Below are positions 11,111-19,036 of a DNA stretch of 64,000 nt, in pieces. Made by a program: the position numbers and the translations under genes. Within the stretch, counting starts at the first letter, position 1. Every line of letters begins with the position of its first letter. Under the pieces are notes generated by a model. It made no database searches. It saw only the letters and a program-made list of their open reading frames with translations, and had not been told where the DNA came from. The stretch comes from a virus: IMG/VR virus record IMGVR_UViG_3300043438_001221; one strand, given 5' to 3'.

Positions 11111-11950
11111 ATGCGAAAACTTACGATTGGTATTCCCACCTACAATGATTACGATGGTTTATATTTCAGCATTCAAGCCATCCGCACATATCATCGGGAA
11201 GTCCTAAATGATATTGAATTTGTTATTATTGATAATAATCCTGATTCAGCACACGGACAATCCAATAGAAATCTCACGAATTGGATCAAGGAACCGTTTC
11301 AATACCTCCCATTCACCAAATACAACGCATCCACCGTTAAAAACAAGGTGTTTTCGTTGTCTGACTGTCCATACACCCTCTGCATGGACAGTCATGTGAT
11401 GATCGTCCCCGGTGCCTTGAAAAAATTGATCCATTTATATGATTGTGGGGGGGATGCTGGTAATCTTTTACAAGGTCCATTGCTTTATGATGATTTTCAT
11501 CATTATTCCACCCATTTCGATGACACTTGGAGTTCCCATATGTGGGGAACTTGGCAAACGGATGAAAGAGCCAAAGAAACGGATGCGCCCCCCTTTGAAA
11601 TACCAGCCCAAGGCATGGGATTGTTCTCCTGTAGAACAGATTCGTGGTTGGGCTTCAATAAGGCGTTTCGGGGCTTTGGAGGCGAGGAGAAGTATATCCA
11701 TGAGAAGTATCGCCAACACGGTAAGAAGACGCTCTGCTTGCCCTTCCTGCGCTGGCTACACCGCTTTGAACGTCCCGCTGGCATTCCATACAAGAACGAC
11801 CTAAAGGATCGCTTCCGTAATTACATGATTGGACACCACGAATTGGGACAGGATACCAAAGTTCTTCGGGAACAGTTCAAGGGTGTGGTATCCTTGGAGG
11901 ATATGGATAAGATTGAGAAGGAAGCTGTGATATTAGCCAGCATTAAATGA
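11111..11950 (+). CDS. GT-A glycosyltransferase with polypeptide-GalNAc-transferase-like motifs
   Basis: LTIGIPTYN, IIDNN, DSH (DxH), GMGLFS, GFGGEE, RWLHRF..PY; TAATTA 5 nt before ATG. Confidence 0.8.
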   Translation: MRKLTIGIPTYNDYDGLYFSIQAIRTYHREVLNDIEFVIIDNNPDSAHGQSNRNLTNWIKEPFQYLPFTKYNASTVKNKVFSLSDCPYTLCMDSHVMIVPGALKKLIHLYDCGGDAGNLLQGPLLYDDFHHYSTHFDDTWSSHMWGTWQTDERAKETDAPPFEIPAQGMGLFSCRTDSWLGFNKAFRGFGGEEKYIHEKYRQHGKKTLCLPFLRWLHRFERPAGIPYKNDLKDRFRNYMIGHHELGQDTKVLREQFKGVVSLEDMDKIEKEAVILASIK

Positions 11951-12154
11951 CGAACAAATCACACCCATTTCCATATCTTCTTTGGCTTCTCCAAGATATT
12001 CAACTTCAACATACTCGGGATAACACCACGACGAATACGAATTACCATTGGGGTTAATATTTCGAGCAGTAGTCTCATCGGGAGCGCATACTACAGCAGA
12101 GTCGAAGGTACCATATCCACGATTTTTTGTTTGTGATATATAGTATAATTTCAT
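11933..12154 (-). CDS. Small phage hypothetical protein
   Basis: ORF track; end of minus-strand operon. Confidence 0.6.
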   Translation of the reverse strand: MKLYYISQTKNRGYGTFDSAVVCAPDETTARNINPNGNSYSSWCYPEYVEVEYLGEAKEDMEMGVICSSFNAG

Positions 12155-12155
12155 T

Positions 12156-12386
12156 TCAAATATTTCCTAATTGATGTTCAATCCGAGTGTCCCAAAGCAT
12201 TGCCTCAAATCTTTCCTCAATATACTTTTCGATTGCTGCTGGTTTGATCATGTTGATTGGATTCACTTCAAGCTCTTCCGCCCTCTGTTGAATGAAATGG
12301 AATGCTTCCACCAAGCAAGCCCATTTTGCGAATTCCTCCATGGTCATTTTGACCAACCCCTTTTTATTTGTTTTTATTGTTATCAT
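12156..12386 (-). CDS. Hypothetical protein
   Basis: ORF track; tight packing. Confidence 0.6.
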   Translation of the reverse strand: MITIKTNKKGLVKMTMEEFAKWACLVEAFHFIQQRAEELEVNPINMIKPAAIEKYIEERFEAMLWDTRIEHQLGNI

Positions 12387-12897
12387 TCAGTTTTGTTTTA
12401 ATTAGATTATCTATGTTCAAGTCTTCGATTGGTTCGGTAATTAGTATGCTATCAATCTTTAGAGTGACGGAATACGTATTATTACAGGCATCACATTTCA
12501 CTTCATATTCCTCCTCCGGTTTGAATATCCCCTCAAACATGTTCTGTCCACAATTGCAGGGAAATCTAACAGTCGCTTCGTCCAACATACTCTCGTAGTT
12601 TTTAATCACATCCTCCTGTTCAACCATCACGCCATCCGCTTCCTGAAGCATCTTTTCCAGAACAATCACACGCTCATCAGTCTGCTTTTTCTCAAGCTGG
12701 TTCTCTAAATCGGCAACCCTGTCATCCTTTTGCTTGCGGTTGTCCCACCAGAACATTCCCATTGCACATCCAATCATGGACAATACAAAATACCGTAGGA
12801 AATCCATCTCATTTGTAGTCAACCCGAAAGCCAGTCCAAGGGAAATGCCAATTCCTCCCAATATTTGCAATCCTATTCTTTTTGTTTTTTCGTTCAT
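12364..12897 (-). CDS. Membrane-anchored coiled-coil protein with Zn-ribbon
   Basis: Two hydrophobic N-terminal segments, coiled coil, CNC...CDAC; start taken at MNEK. Confidence 0.6.
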   Translation of the reverse strand: MNEKTKRIGLQILGGIGISLGLAFGLTTNEMDFLRYFVLSMIGCAMGMFWWDNRKQKDDRVADLENQLEKKQTDERVIVLEKMLQEADGVMVEQEDVIKNYESMLDEATVRFPCNCGQNMFEGIFKPEEEYEVKCDACNNTYSVTLKIDSILITEPIEDLNIDNLIKTKLNDNNKNK

Positions 12898-12902
12898 AAT
12901 TT

Positions 12903-13283
12903 TCATGTCCACATGTAACCGCGCTGTTCGATGATGATTCGCATCACTTCTGAATCCTCGCCATAAAGTTCATTCTCAATCCGCGTATATTCTTTCCAAT
13001 CCTCAATGGAGTCAAGCAATTTTTGGATTTCAACCCTTCCCACTTTGATCCAGTCATAACAATGTTTGATCAAAGCGTCCCTAGCTTTGATTTCATCCAC
13101 GTATATCTGATCAACATGACCATCCGCGATTTCTTTATCCCAATTCGCACCCCAATGGTCCAACCCTTTCTCTTTCTCCACATAATGAACCAGAGATTCA
13201 AATAAACAGATTTCCAGCAGTGCGTCTTTGTCCATCCAAGTTCCTTTGAGCTTGTCTGTAAGCCATTTTTGTTGATTTTTCAT
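12903..13283 (-). CDS. Hypothetical protein
   Basis: Start MKNQQ overlaps upstream stop (TAATG). Confidence 0.6.
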   Translation of the reverse strand: MKNQQKWLTDKLKGTWMDKDALLEICLFESLVHYVEKEKGLDHWGANWDKEIADGHVDQIYVDEIKARDALIKHCYDWIKVGRVEIQKLLDSIEDWKEYTRIENELYGEDSEVMRIIIEQRGYMWT

Positions 13284-13432
13284 TACTTCACCTTTACTAC
13301 GTGCCACTTATCACCATCAATACCACAAATTTTTGCAAATTCAAGAACCAATTTAGCAATAAACCGAAATGGGTAAGATTTTGTGGATTGAAGGCGTTGC
13401 TTTGTCTTTTTATGCTGGATTTCGTATTTCAC
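13283..13432 (-). CDS. Small hypothetical protein (49 aa, not in ORF track)
   Basis: GTG AAA TAC... VKYEIQHKK...WHVVKVK*, downstream of motif promoter, stop coupled to next gene. Confidence 0.55.
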   Translation of the reverse strand: MKYEIQHKKTKQRLQSTKSYPFRFIAKLVLEFAKICGIDGDKWHVVKVK

Positions 13433-13442
13433 ATCGCTCACT

Positions 13443-13461
13443 ATTGTATTCTAGTTTTTAA
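13443..13461 (-). promoter_or_regulatory. TTAAAAACTAG-nn-TAYAAT promoter (copy 1)
   Basis: Minus strand TTAAAAACTAGaaTACAAT; repeated motif. Confidence 0.65.
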
Positions 13462-13508
13462 CCGATTACTCACTACATTCTACTTATCCAATACCACAGA
13501 GTATTATT

Positions 13509-13537
13509 CAACTTAACAAATTCTTGTGAAAAGTCTA
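13509..13537 (-). promoter_or_regulatory. Sigma70-like promoter facing away from tnpB
   Basis: TAGACT...TG-t-TAAGTT; TGTTAAGTTGAA is identical to the promoter near 29219. Confidence 0.5.
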
Positions 13538-13597
13538 TAAAAATTGTGAATTGATTGCCTGATATAAACATCTTTAAAAAAAGTTTCACCGAAAGAC

Positions 13598-13603
13598 TAA
13601 ATA
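13598..13603 (+). promoter_or_regulatory. T4-like late promoter upstream of tnpB
   Basis: gacTAAATA, same context as late promoter at 15435. Confidence 0.55.
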
Positions 13604-13624
13604 AGTATATACACACTATACTAA

Positions 13625-14788
13625 ATGTTGAAGGCAATTAAAATCAGACTCTATCCAACTCAAGAACAGGAGAATTACATCTCCCAATTATTGGGTTCCT
13701 GTAGGTTTGTCTATAATAATTGTTTGGCATTGAAAATTAAAAATTATAACGACGATAAGAAATCAACATCTTTTAAAGAGCTTGGTAAGCATCTTACGGG
13801 CTTGAAAAGCCAAGAGGAAACAATATGGTTAAAGGATGTTCATTCCAAAGTTCTACAACAGTCTCTTATCAATCTGGAAGCTGCATATAAATCATTTTTC
13901 AAAAATGGCGCAGGATTTCCAAAATTTAAATCCAAGAGAAATAAACAATCTTGTAGGTTTCCAGTGGACGCAATTGGAAAAATAAATGGTAATAGAATCA
14001 ACATTATAAAACCTCTAAGAAATATTCATTTCAAATGCTCCAAACGAGACGAAACACATCTTAATAATTTTCAAGATGATATAAAATCAGCAACATTATC
14101 CAAAAATGGGTATGGTCAATATTATTTCAGTGTTCTGGTTGAGATACCAATTCAAAAGGAATTACCATTGTCTAATAAATCGATTGGCTTGGATGTTGGT
14201 ATCAAGACTTTTATCGTTGATTCCAATGGACATGAGTGGGAAAATATCAAGATAAAAAGAAACAATCAAAAGAAACTTGCCAGACTCCACAGACGGCATT
14301 CTAAAAAATTAAAAGGGTCTAAGAACAAAGAGAAATCAAGAATCAAATTAGCAAAATACCATGATAAATTATCAAACATAAAAAACCATTATCTTCATCA
14401 GGTGTCCAATAAGATTATAGAGGAAAACCAACTCATAATCATTGAAGACTTGAACGTTTCAGGAATGATGAAGAACCATAAATTGGCAAAGTCGATCCAA
14501 GAATTATCTATTTTCAGATTCAAAGAAATCCTTACTTACAAATGTAATTGGTATGGAAGGGATTTGATACAGATAGATAGATTCTTTCCAAGTTCTAAAT
14601 TATGTGGGAATTGTGGTTATAAAAATGACAACTTAACCTTAAAAGATAGAACTTGGAAATGTGGGGAGTGTAATACGATCCACTCAAGGGATTTAAATGC
14701 CGCTAAAAACATCCTCAAGGAAGGATTAAGAATTTCAAATATAGGGCTGAGTTCGCCCGAATTTACGCTTCAGGAGATTTGTCAATAG
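13625..14788 (+). CDS. tnpB: RNA-guided endonuclease TnpB (IS200/IS605 family, solo)
   Basis: N-terminal KIRLYPT HTH, GFPKFK, RuvC D (GLDVG), E (IEDLN), D (RDLNAA), Zn finger CGNC..CGEC. Confidence 0.95.
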   Translation: MLKAIKIRLYPTQEQENYISQLLGSCRFVYNNCLALKIKNYNDDKKSTSFKELGKHLTGLKSQEETIWLKDVHSKVLQQSLINLEAAYKSFFKNGAGFPKFKSKRNKQSCRFPVDAIGKINGNRINIIKPLRNIHFKCSKRDETHLNNFQDDIKSATLSKNGYGQYYFSVLVEIPIQKELPLSNKSIGLDVGIKTFIVDSNGHEWENIKIKRNNQKKLARLHRRHSKKLKGSKNKEKSRIKLAKYHDKLSNIKNHYLHQVSNKIIEENQLIIIEDLNVSGMMKNHKLAKSIQELSIFRFKEILTYKCNWYGRDLIQIDRFFPSSKLCGNCGYKNDNLTLKDRTWKCGECNTIHSRDLNAAKNILKEGLRISNIGLSSPEFTLQEICQ

Positions 14789-14865
14789 ACGGGTCGTTGA
14801 ATGAAGAACAAAATGTTATTTCATGACTTTTCATAAGATAACGGAACTATTTCACATCAGTTAAA
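14700..14865 (+). ncRNA. Predicted TnpB omega/reRNA (boundaries approximate)
   Basis: TnpB RNAs overlap the gene 3' end and right end; hairpins gggc..gccc (14744-14758) and gttat..ataac (14815-14842); guide predicted from ~14848. Confidence 0.55.
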
Positions 14866-15039
14866 ATTATCTTTATCTCTGAAAATATTGTCAATTTCCT
14901 TCAAACACTTTTCAACCCCTTCACTAGATAATGCGATATTTCGAGCAATATAGAGTCTATTGCAGATATCCTGCAATTCCCCAGCTTGATCGATAAAATC
15001 CATCACCATTTCCAATTCAAGTGTATTGTCGTCTTCCAT
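14857..15039 (-). CDS. Small hypothetical protein
   Basis: ORF begins 7 nt after motif promoter. Confidence 0.6.
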   Translation of the reverse strand: MEDDNTLELEMVMDFIDQAGELQDICNRLYIARNIALSSEGVEKCLKEIDNIFRDKDNFN

Positions 15040-15046
15040 GTTTAGG

Positions 15047-15065
15047 ATTGTAGTCTAGTTTTTAA
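15047..15065 (-). promoter_or_regulatory. TTAAAAACTAG-nn-TAYAAT promoter (copy 2)
   Basis: TTAAAAACTAGacTACAAT-N7-ATG. Confidence 0.7.
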
Positions 15066-15412
15066 AACCCGATGGTGAATTTCTCAAGCGTCTTATCCCC
15101 ATTTTGCATCAAATACATAATCATTTTCTCCAGATTACCCTTGAGCTTGATAAGTTCCCCGTTTTTCTGGAATTCCTCCATTTTCAGGAGATTTTCCAGA
15201 TTTTTAGATGCGGCAAACGCATTATCCACAATATTTGCCATTTGTTGGGGTAATTCCCCAAATTCAAACGGTAAAGTATGGGGAGCCTTGGCTTCTTTCT
15301 CATCCGTCTTGTATTTTCGCATCTGTTCCGAAGGATTTAACGAACTTTCAAAGTCGAAATCGATGGCTCCAGAGGCGATTGCTGTGGAATAAGGAGAATT
15401 TGAAGCAGACAT
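15062..15412 (-). CDS. Hypothetical late protein
   Basis: Start MSASNSP 5 nt after minus-strand TAAATA (15418-15423). Confidence 0.6.
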   Translation of the reverse strand: MSASNSPYSTAIASGAIDFDFESSLNPSEQMRKYKTDEKEAKAPHTLPFEFGELPQQMANIVDNAFAASKNLENLLKMEEFQKNGELIKLKGNLEKMIMYLMQNGDKTLEKFTIGF

Positions 15413-15417
15413 ATAGA

Positions 15418-15440
15418 TATTTAACACTTTTGACTAAATA
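15418..15440. promoter_or_regulatory. Back-to-back divergent late promoters
   Basis: TAAATA on - (15418-23) and + (15435-40), each 5 nt from an ATG. Confidence 0.7.
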
Positions 15441-15445
15441 AAGGT

Positions 15446-15862
15446 ATGACTACCAAGTTTCACAACAAATTCCTCCGTATGCTCCAAGAAGCTCCCCAAC
15501 TTGACATTGATCCTGATTTGGAGCGTGGTGCTGCTGAAATGTCCTTAGACGATGATGTTGCCATGGATGATTATGACGTTGATATGGAAGTTGATCCATC
15601 CGCTGTTGATGAGATTGGGGATGCCATGGCTCGACAAAATGAACAGATGATTAGTGTTGTTGATAAGTGGACGGGTAATATTGACAAATTTATTAATTAT
15701 CTCAATGGTGATCAGCCAAATAGCATCCAAAGCGTTCTGGGAACTGCGAATCCCGAGTCTGTTCTGGGAGCCATTAAGAACCAACAGGTGAAGATTGGGC
15801 GGATTGCTTCCGATCTTGCTGCTTTGAAACAGGCGTTTCTCACTGCGAAGAAGTCTCAGTAA
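15446..15862 (+). CDS. Acidic late protein, candidate prohead core/internal protein
   Basis: Late promoter; N-terminal ...MLQE; Asp-rich. Confidence 0.55.
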   Translation: MTTKFHNKFLRMLQEAPQLDIDPDLERGAAEMSLDDDVAMDDYDVDMEVDPSAVDEIGDAMARQNEQMISVVDKWTGNIDKFINYLNGDQPNSIQSVLGTANPESVLGAIKNQQVKIGRIASDLAALKQAFLTAKKSQ

Positions 15863-16015
15863 TTATTTGGCTGTTTTTTCTCTTTTGAGAATATCCTTAG
15901 CCACTTCAGTAGGATTTTTTCCAAACCTACCATCCCATTCACAGTCCCAATCTCTACTCAAAAGAGCTTGGATACACGCTATCAATTCTTTTCTTGTCAC
16001 TCTCTTTTTGGTCAT
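15863..16015 (-). CDS. Small hypothetical protein (50 aa, not in ORF track)
   Basis: MTKKRVTRKELIACIQALL...EKTAK* fills the gap exactly. Confidence 0.5.
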   Translation of the reverse strand: MTKKRVTRKELIACIQALLSRDWDCEWDGRFGKNPTEVAKDILKREKTAK

Positions 16016-16018
16016 AAT

Positions 16019-16264
16019 TTAACGATATTCCGGTGGGATATAATTAAATTTGGTTTCATCTTCAGAGTCTTTCATCGCATCTTGAATGGCTTTATCAGGT
16101 GTTGATCCCCATCCGATAGCTTTTCTATGTGGTTTACCCATTAGATGTTCATAAACAACCCAATTTCCGTCATAATCTCCGGTATCAGCGATTGGATATG
16201 ATTCATATACGATTTCTCCAGCATTTTCATCCAACCAATCAAATAATTCTTTATAATCGATCAT
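16019..16264 (-). CDS. Hypothetical protein
   Basis: ORF 7 nt after motif promoter. Confidence 0.65.
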   Translation of the reverse strand: MIDYKELFDWLDENAGEIVYESYPIADTGDYDGNWVVYEHLMGKPHRKAIGWGSTPDKAIQDAMKDSEDETKFNYIPPEYR

Positions 16265-16271
16265 ATTTCGT

Positions 16272-16290
16272 ATTATATTCTAGTTTTTAA
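16272..16290 (-). promoter_or_regulatory. TTAAAAACTAG-nn-TAYAAT promoter (copy 3), overlaps primase stop
   Basis: TTAAAAACTAGaaTATAAT-N7-ATG. Confidence 0.7.
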
Positions 16291-17305
16291 CGATCAATTT
16301 CATTTTTACCGTTGCCGCCAAACCTTTGCAACTATTCTTTACAATCAAATCAACTGGATATTCATCGTGTTCGTAAGCCATACATAGAGCATTCAAGTCT
16401 TTAAACCTCTTTCCATCGTATTCTGGCCAAATAAACACCTTTTCCCCCATTTCTATGAGCTTTAGGGTCTTTTCCCTCGCTGTTTTATCGATCCATTGGC
16501 TATCCAACACCCAAATCCTCTCAAAGAACTTCAGACCATCCATCTGTTCCTGTTGGTATGCGGTGAAAAGCTGATCTCCCTTGGTAATACCCCCCAGACC
16601 AAGCCCATTTCTCACGAAACAGGCATCCAATGGACCTTCGATAATGAAAACCTTATCCAGATCGGATGAAATGCGCTCAATACCAAAGATACTCTTATCT
16701 CCCCCATCTTTTGACAGATATGATGGAGACTCATCATCCATCAATCGTCTGCTTTGGTAATAAACAATCTTACCCGTCTCGTCCTTGAATGGGATCACCA
16801 GACGCTTATCATGCTTTTCATCCTTCAAAGAGATATAAAAGGCATCTGGACGATTTACAGCGGTATCCAGTCGCCTTTCCTTGATGTAAGCCAGAGCTTT
16901 TTGGACGATCTTGTTGGTCTTGTAGTAATCCGTCTGATTTTTATCAGATAAATTGATGCTATCTATCGGCAGGGATGATGATTTGGGTTTGTCGGGCTTA
17001 TCTTCCATGTCCATGACATTGATCATCCCATAATTACCCTTCTCAATCTCATCCACCATCTGATTGAATGATAATCCCGACACTTCCTTGATCCACTTAT
17101 AAGGTTTGGATGACCATCCGCAATTATGGCAGAAAATATTGTCGTTTTCGGGAATGTAGAAGCATCTTTTCTTTCTCCCCCAGCTTTTTCCCTCGCGGCA
17201 TATGGGACAGCAACATTGATACGTGTTTTGTCCGGTGTTATGTTGGGGACGATACCCAAACTCGTAGAATTTGGACACCACATAGTCAGACGGAATCTCA
17301 ACCAT
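16280..17305 (-). CDS. gp61: DNA primase (T4 gp61-like)
   Basis: Zn finger CPIC..CHNC, RLVIPF, YQSR, TOPRIM IEGPLDA; start taken at MVEIP (341 aa). Confidence 0.92.
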   Translation of the reverse strand: MVEIPSDYVVSKFYEFGYRPQHNTGQNTYQCCCPICREGKSWGRKKRCFYIPENDNIFCHNCGWSSKPYKWIKEVSGLSFNQMVDEIEKGNYGMINVMDMEDKPDKPKSSSLPIDSINLSDKNQTDYYKTNKIVQKALAYIKERRLDTAVNRPDAFYISLKDEKHDKRLVIPFKDETGKIVYYQSRRLMDDESPSYLSKDGGDKSIFGIERISSDLDKVFIIEGPLDACFVRNGLGLGGITKGDQLFTAYQQEQMDGLKFFERIWVLDSQWIDKTAREKTLKLIEMGEKVFIWPEYDGKRFKDLNALCMAYEHDEYPVDLIVKNSCKGLAATVKMKLIVKN

Positions 17306-17573
17306 CCTCTTTTGCAAGGACTTCGTATTGGGCTTCGATAACGCGGCGGATATTTTTTGGGAGATGTTCAACGAATTCGATAATCTCATGTTCTTTGGCA
17401 AAGTCAAATTTTTCCATCGGAACTCTTTGGATTTTTATATCTGGAACGGAGAGAAACACGTAATCATCCCCATCTTTTTTAATGAAATTGAATAATTGCC
17501 CGACAAAATCTCCTGTTTGGACTGCATAAACATCGCCTTTTTCGATTTTTGGTTTTTTAAAGATGTTTATCAT
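17298..17573 (-). CDS. Hypothetical protein
   Basis: ORF overlapping primase start. Confidence 0.6.
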   Translation of the reverse strand: MINIFKKPKIEKGDVYAVQTGDFVGQLFNFIKKDGDDYVFLSVPDIKIQRVPMEKFDFAKEHEIIEFVEHLPKNIRRVIEAQYEVLAKEDG

Positions 17574-17715
17574 ATTTTTCAAGTTCTCTATCTAAACAAT
17601 CAACGCAAAACGTCCTACCCCACTCTTCAACGTGTAATAATTGGTATATATCCACCCCACAATTCGGACACTTATCGTCAAATGTTTCAATTTCGTATAT
17701 GGTGTAATTTTCCAT
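17557..17715 (-). CDS. Small Zn-finger protein (52 aa, not in ORF track)
   Basis: MENYTIYE...CPNC...FCVDC...KHL*; ATG 6 nt after motif promoter. Confidence 0.6.
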   Translation of the reverse strand: MENYTIYEIETFDDKCPNCGVDIYQLLHVEEWGRTFCVDCLDRELEKYDKHL

Positions 17716-17721
17716 ATGTAA

Positions 17722-17740
17722 ATTGTAATCTAGTTTTTAA
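17722..17740 (-). promoter_or_regulatory. TTAAAAACTAG-nn-TAYAAT promoter (copy 4)
   Basis: TTAAAAACTAGatTACAAT-N6-ATG. Confidence 0.7.
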
Positions 17741-18045
17741 AAATCGTCGGCAATATTCATCCTACCAGCCATGAATTCCCCAAATTTCTGAATGAATAGG
17801 TTCTGCATGGCATTATCCTCCATCTTATTGGCGTGAAATGCGATTTCCACAACATTTCCATCCAGATCGTATCCGAAAAGTTTACCACAAGTCATAAATT
17901 CCTGTAAAGTGGCTTTCAGGGCAGCGTTGGATTGATTCTTACCCCCCTTACGATCTTTTTTAATCTTTTGTTTCAGAGAATCCCGAAGAATTTCCAAAAC
18001 CTGATCATCCACGAAGATTTCCTCCGGTTCTTCATCCTTCTTCAT
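17737..18045 (-). CDS. Hypothetical protein
   Basis: Start taken at MKKDEE. Confidence 0.6.
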   Translation of the reverse strand: MKKDEEPEEIFVDDQVLEILRDSLKQKIKKDRKGGKNQSNAALKATLQEFMTCGKLFGYDLDGNVVEIAFHANKMEDNAMQNLFIQKFGEFMAGRMNIADDF

Positions 18046-18373
18046 GATTATACTTAACATAATTTGAGTTAGGATACATTTGCTCCACCCCCTTTTCAAT
18101 CAGAGTAGTGACCACGATTTCCATGCTCTGTGTCTTGAGATTGAAGTTCTTGATGAAGCGATTACCCCCATCATTAAATTCAAACATCACATCCCCCAAA
18201 GCTTCCTTGTTCTGGTAACATGTGATGATCACCGAAGTATTGCTGGGATCAACCATGATCGACCATTTGCGGGGATCGTGTTGGGCATACTTGTCAAACA
18301 GCTTGATGGTGGCGAATCCCGAATCCCTAAGTCTCTTGATGAAATACCCCTGTGTGCTTACGTTGTTCTTCAT
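18032..18373 (-). CDS. Hypothetical late protein
   Basis: TAAATA (18379-84, minus) 5 nt before ATG. Confidence 0.65.
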   Translation of the reverse strand: MKNNVSTQGYFIKRLRDSGFATIKLFDKYAQHDPRKWSIMVDPSNTSVIITCYQNKEALGDVMFEFNDGGNRFIKNFNLKTQSMEIVVTTLIEKGVEQMYPNSNYVKYNHEEG

Positions 18374-18401
18374 GTTATTATTTAACGAAAAATTTTGGAT
18401 G

Positions 18402-18551
18402 TCAAGCTAAGAAATCTTTCATGATTTCGCGGATAATGCGTCTCCCCTCTTCATTTGCAGAATGCACATAGACTTTGATATCACTATCGGGCGACATCTT
18501 TTCCTTCAGATACTTGGCACAGTGGATGCCACACTTGGTTTGGAAATTCTC
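18402..18551 (-). pseudogene. C-terminal remnant of a cyclic-phosphate-processing receiver-domain protein
   Basis: ENFQTKCGIHCAKYL...VYVHSANEEGRRII; upstream in-frame TGA; N-terminal LDD/DHDLG part absent. Confidence 0.5.
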
Positions 18552-18552
18552 C

Positions 18553-18804
18553 CTACACCAGAACACTACCACAGATTGTTGAATGGTTCAAACGATTGTT
18601 AAAATCCGACCATTTGATGGGAGTATCCAATGTCACCCCATCATTCCATCTCCATCCATCAGGATCAAGCAGCCGAATATCCGGCATTGTTTCAAGCCAT
18701 TCGTGAGCGGTCTTCTTGGCGAAGATGCGCTCCCAACCCTCATCATAGGCTTTATTCTGGATGCCAGTCTTTATTGCTTTTCCCGTAATGTCGTTATAGC
18801 TCAC
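18553..18804 (-). CDS. Hypothetical protein
   Basis: GTG start (SYNDITGK) overlapping upstream gene end. Confidence 0.6.
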   Translation of the reverse strand: MSYNDITGKAIKTGIQNKAYDEGWERIFAKKTAHEWLETMPDIRLLDPDGWRWNDGVTLDTPIKWSDFNNRLNHSTICGSVLV

Positions 18805-19036
18805 CGTAAATTCCCCTTTCCACCATTTTAGAATATTCCGAAGAATCACAGGGATAGCTATTGAAACAATGATCCCATAACCAAGGCTCCTGTTCTTCCG
18901 ATGGGTTGATTTCCACAATCAGCTTATCATATAGATCATTCTGTTGTTGTTGAAGCTGTTCAATAGCCGCTCGTGTTCCTTCAATCTTGCTCCGATGCTT
19001 TTCCATACCATCTATCGTATTTTGCTCTGTATTCAT
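18794..19036 (-). CDS. Hypothetical protein
   Basis: ORF track. Confidence 0.55.
   Translation of the reverse strand: MNTEQNTIDGMEKHRSKIEGTRAAIEQLQQQQNDLYDKLIVEINPSEEQEPWLWDHCFNSYPCDSSEYSKMVERGIYGEL

Larger units (their letters stand above)
13425..14858 (+). mobile_element. tnpB-only element bounded by an 11-bp direct repeat
   Basis: tatttcacatc at 13425-13435 and 14848-14858; no tnpA present. Confidence 0.55.

Noticed and set aside
13436-13624. tnpA transposase for the TnpB element
   Set aside because: No HUH/Y1 or serine recombinase ORF; the space is too short
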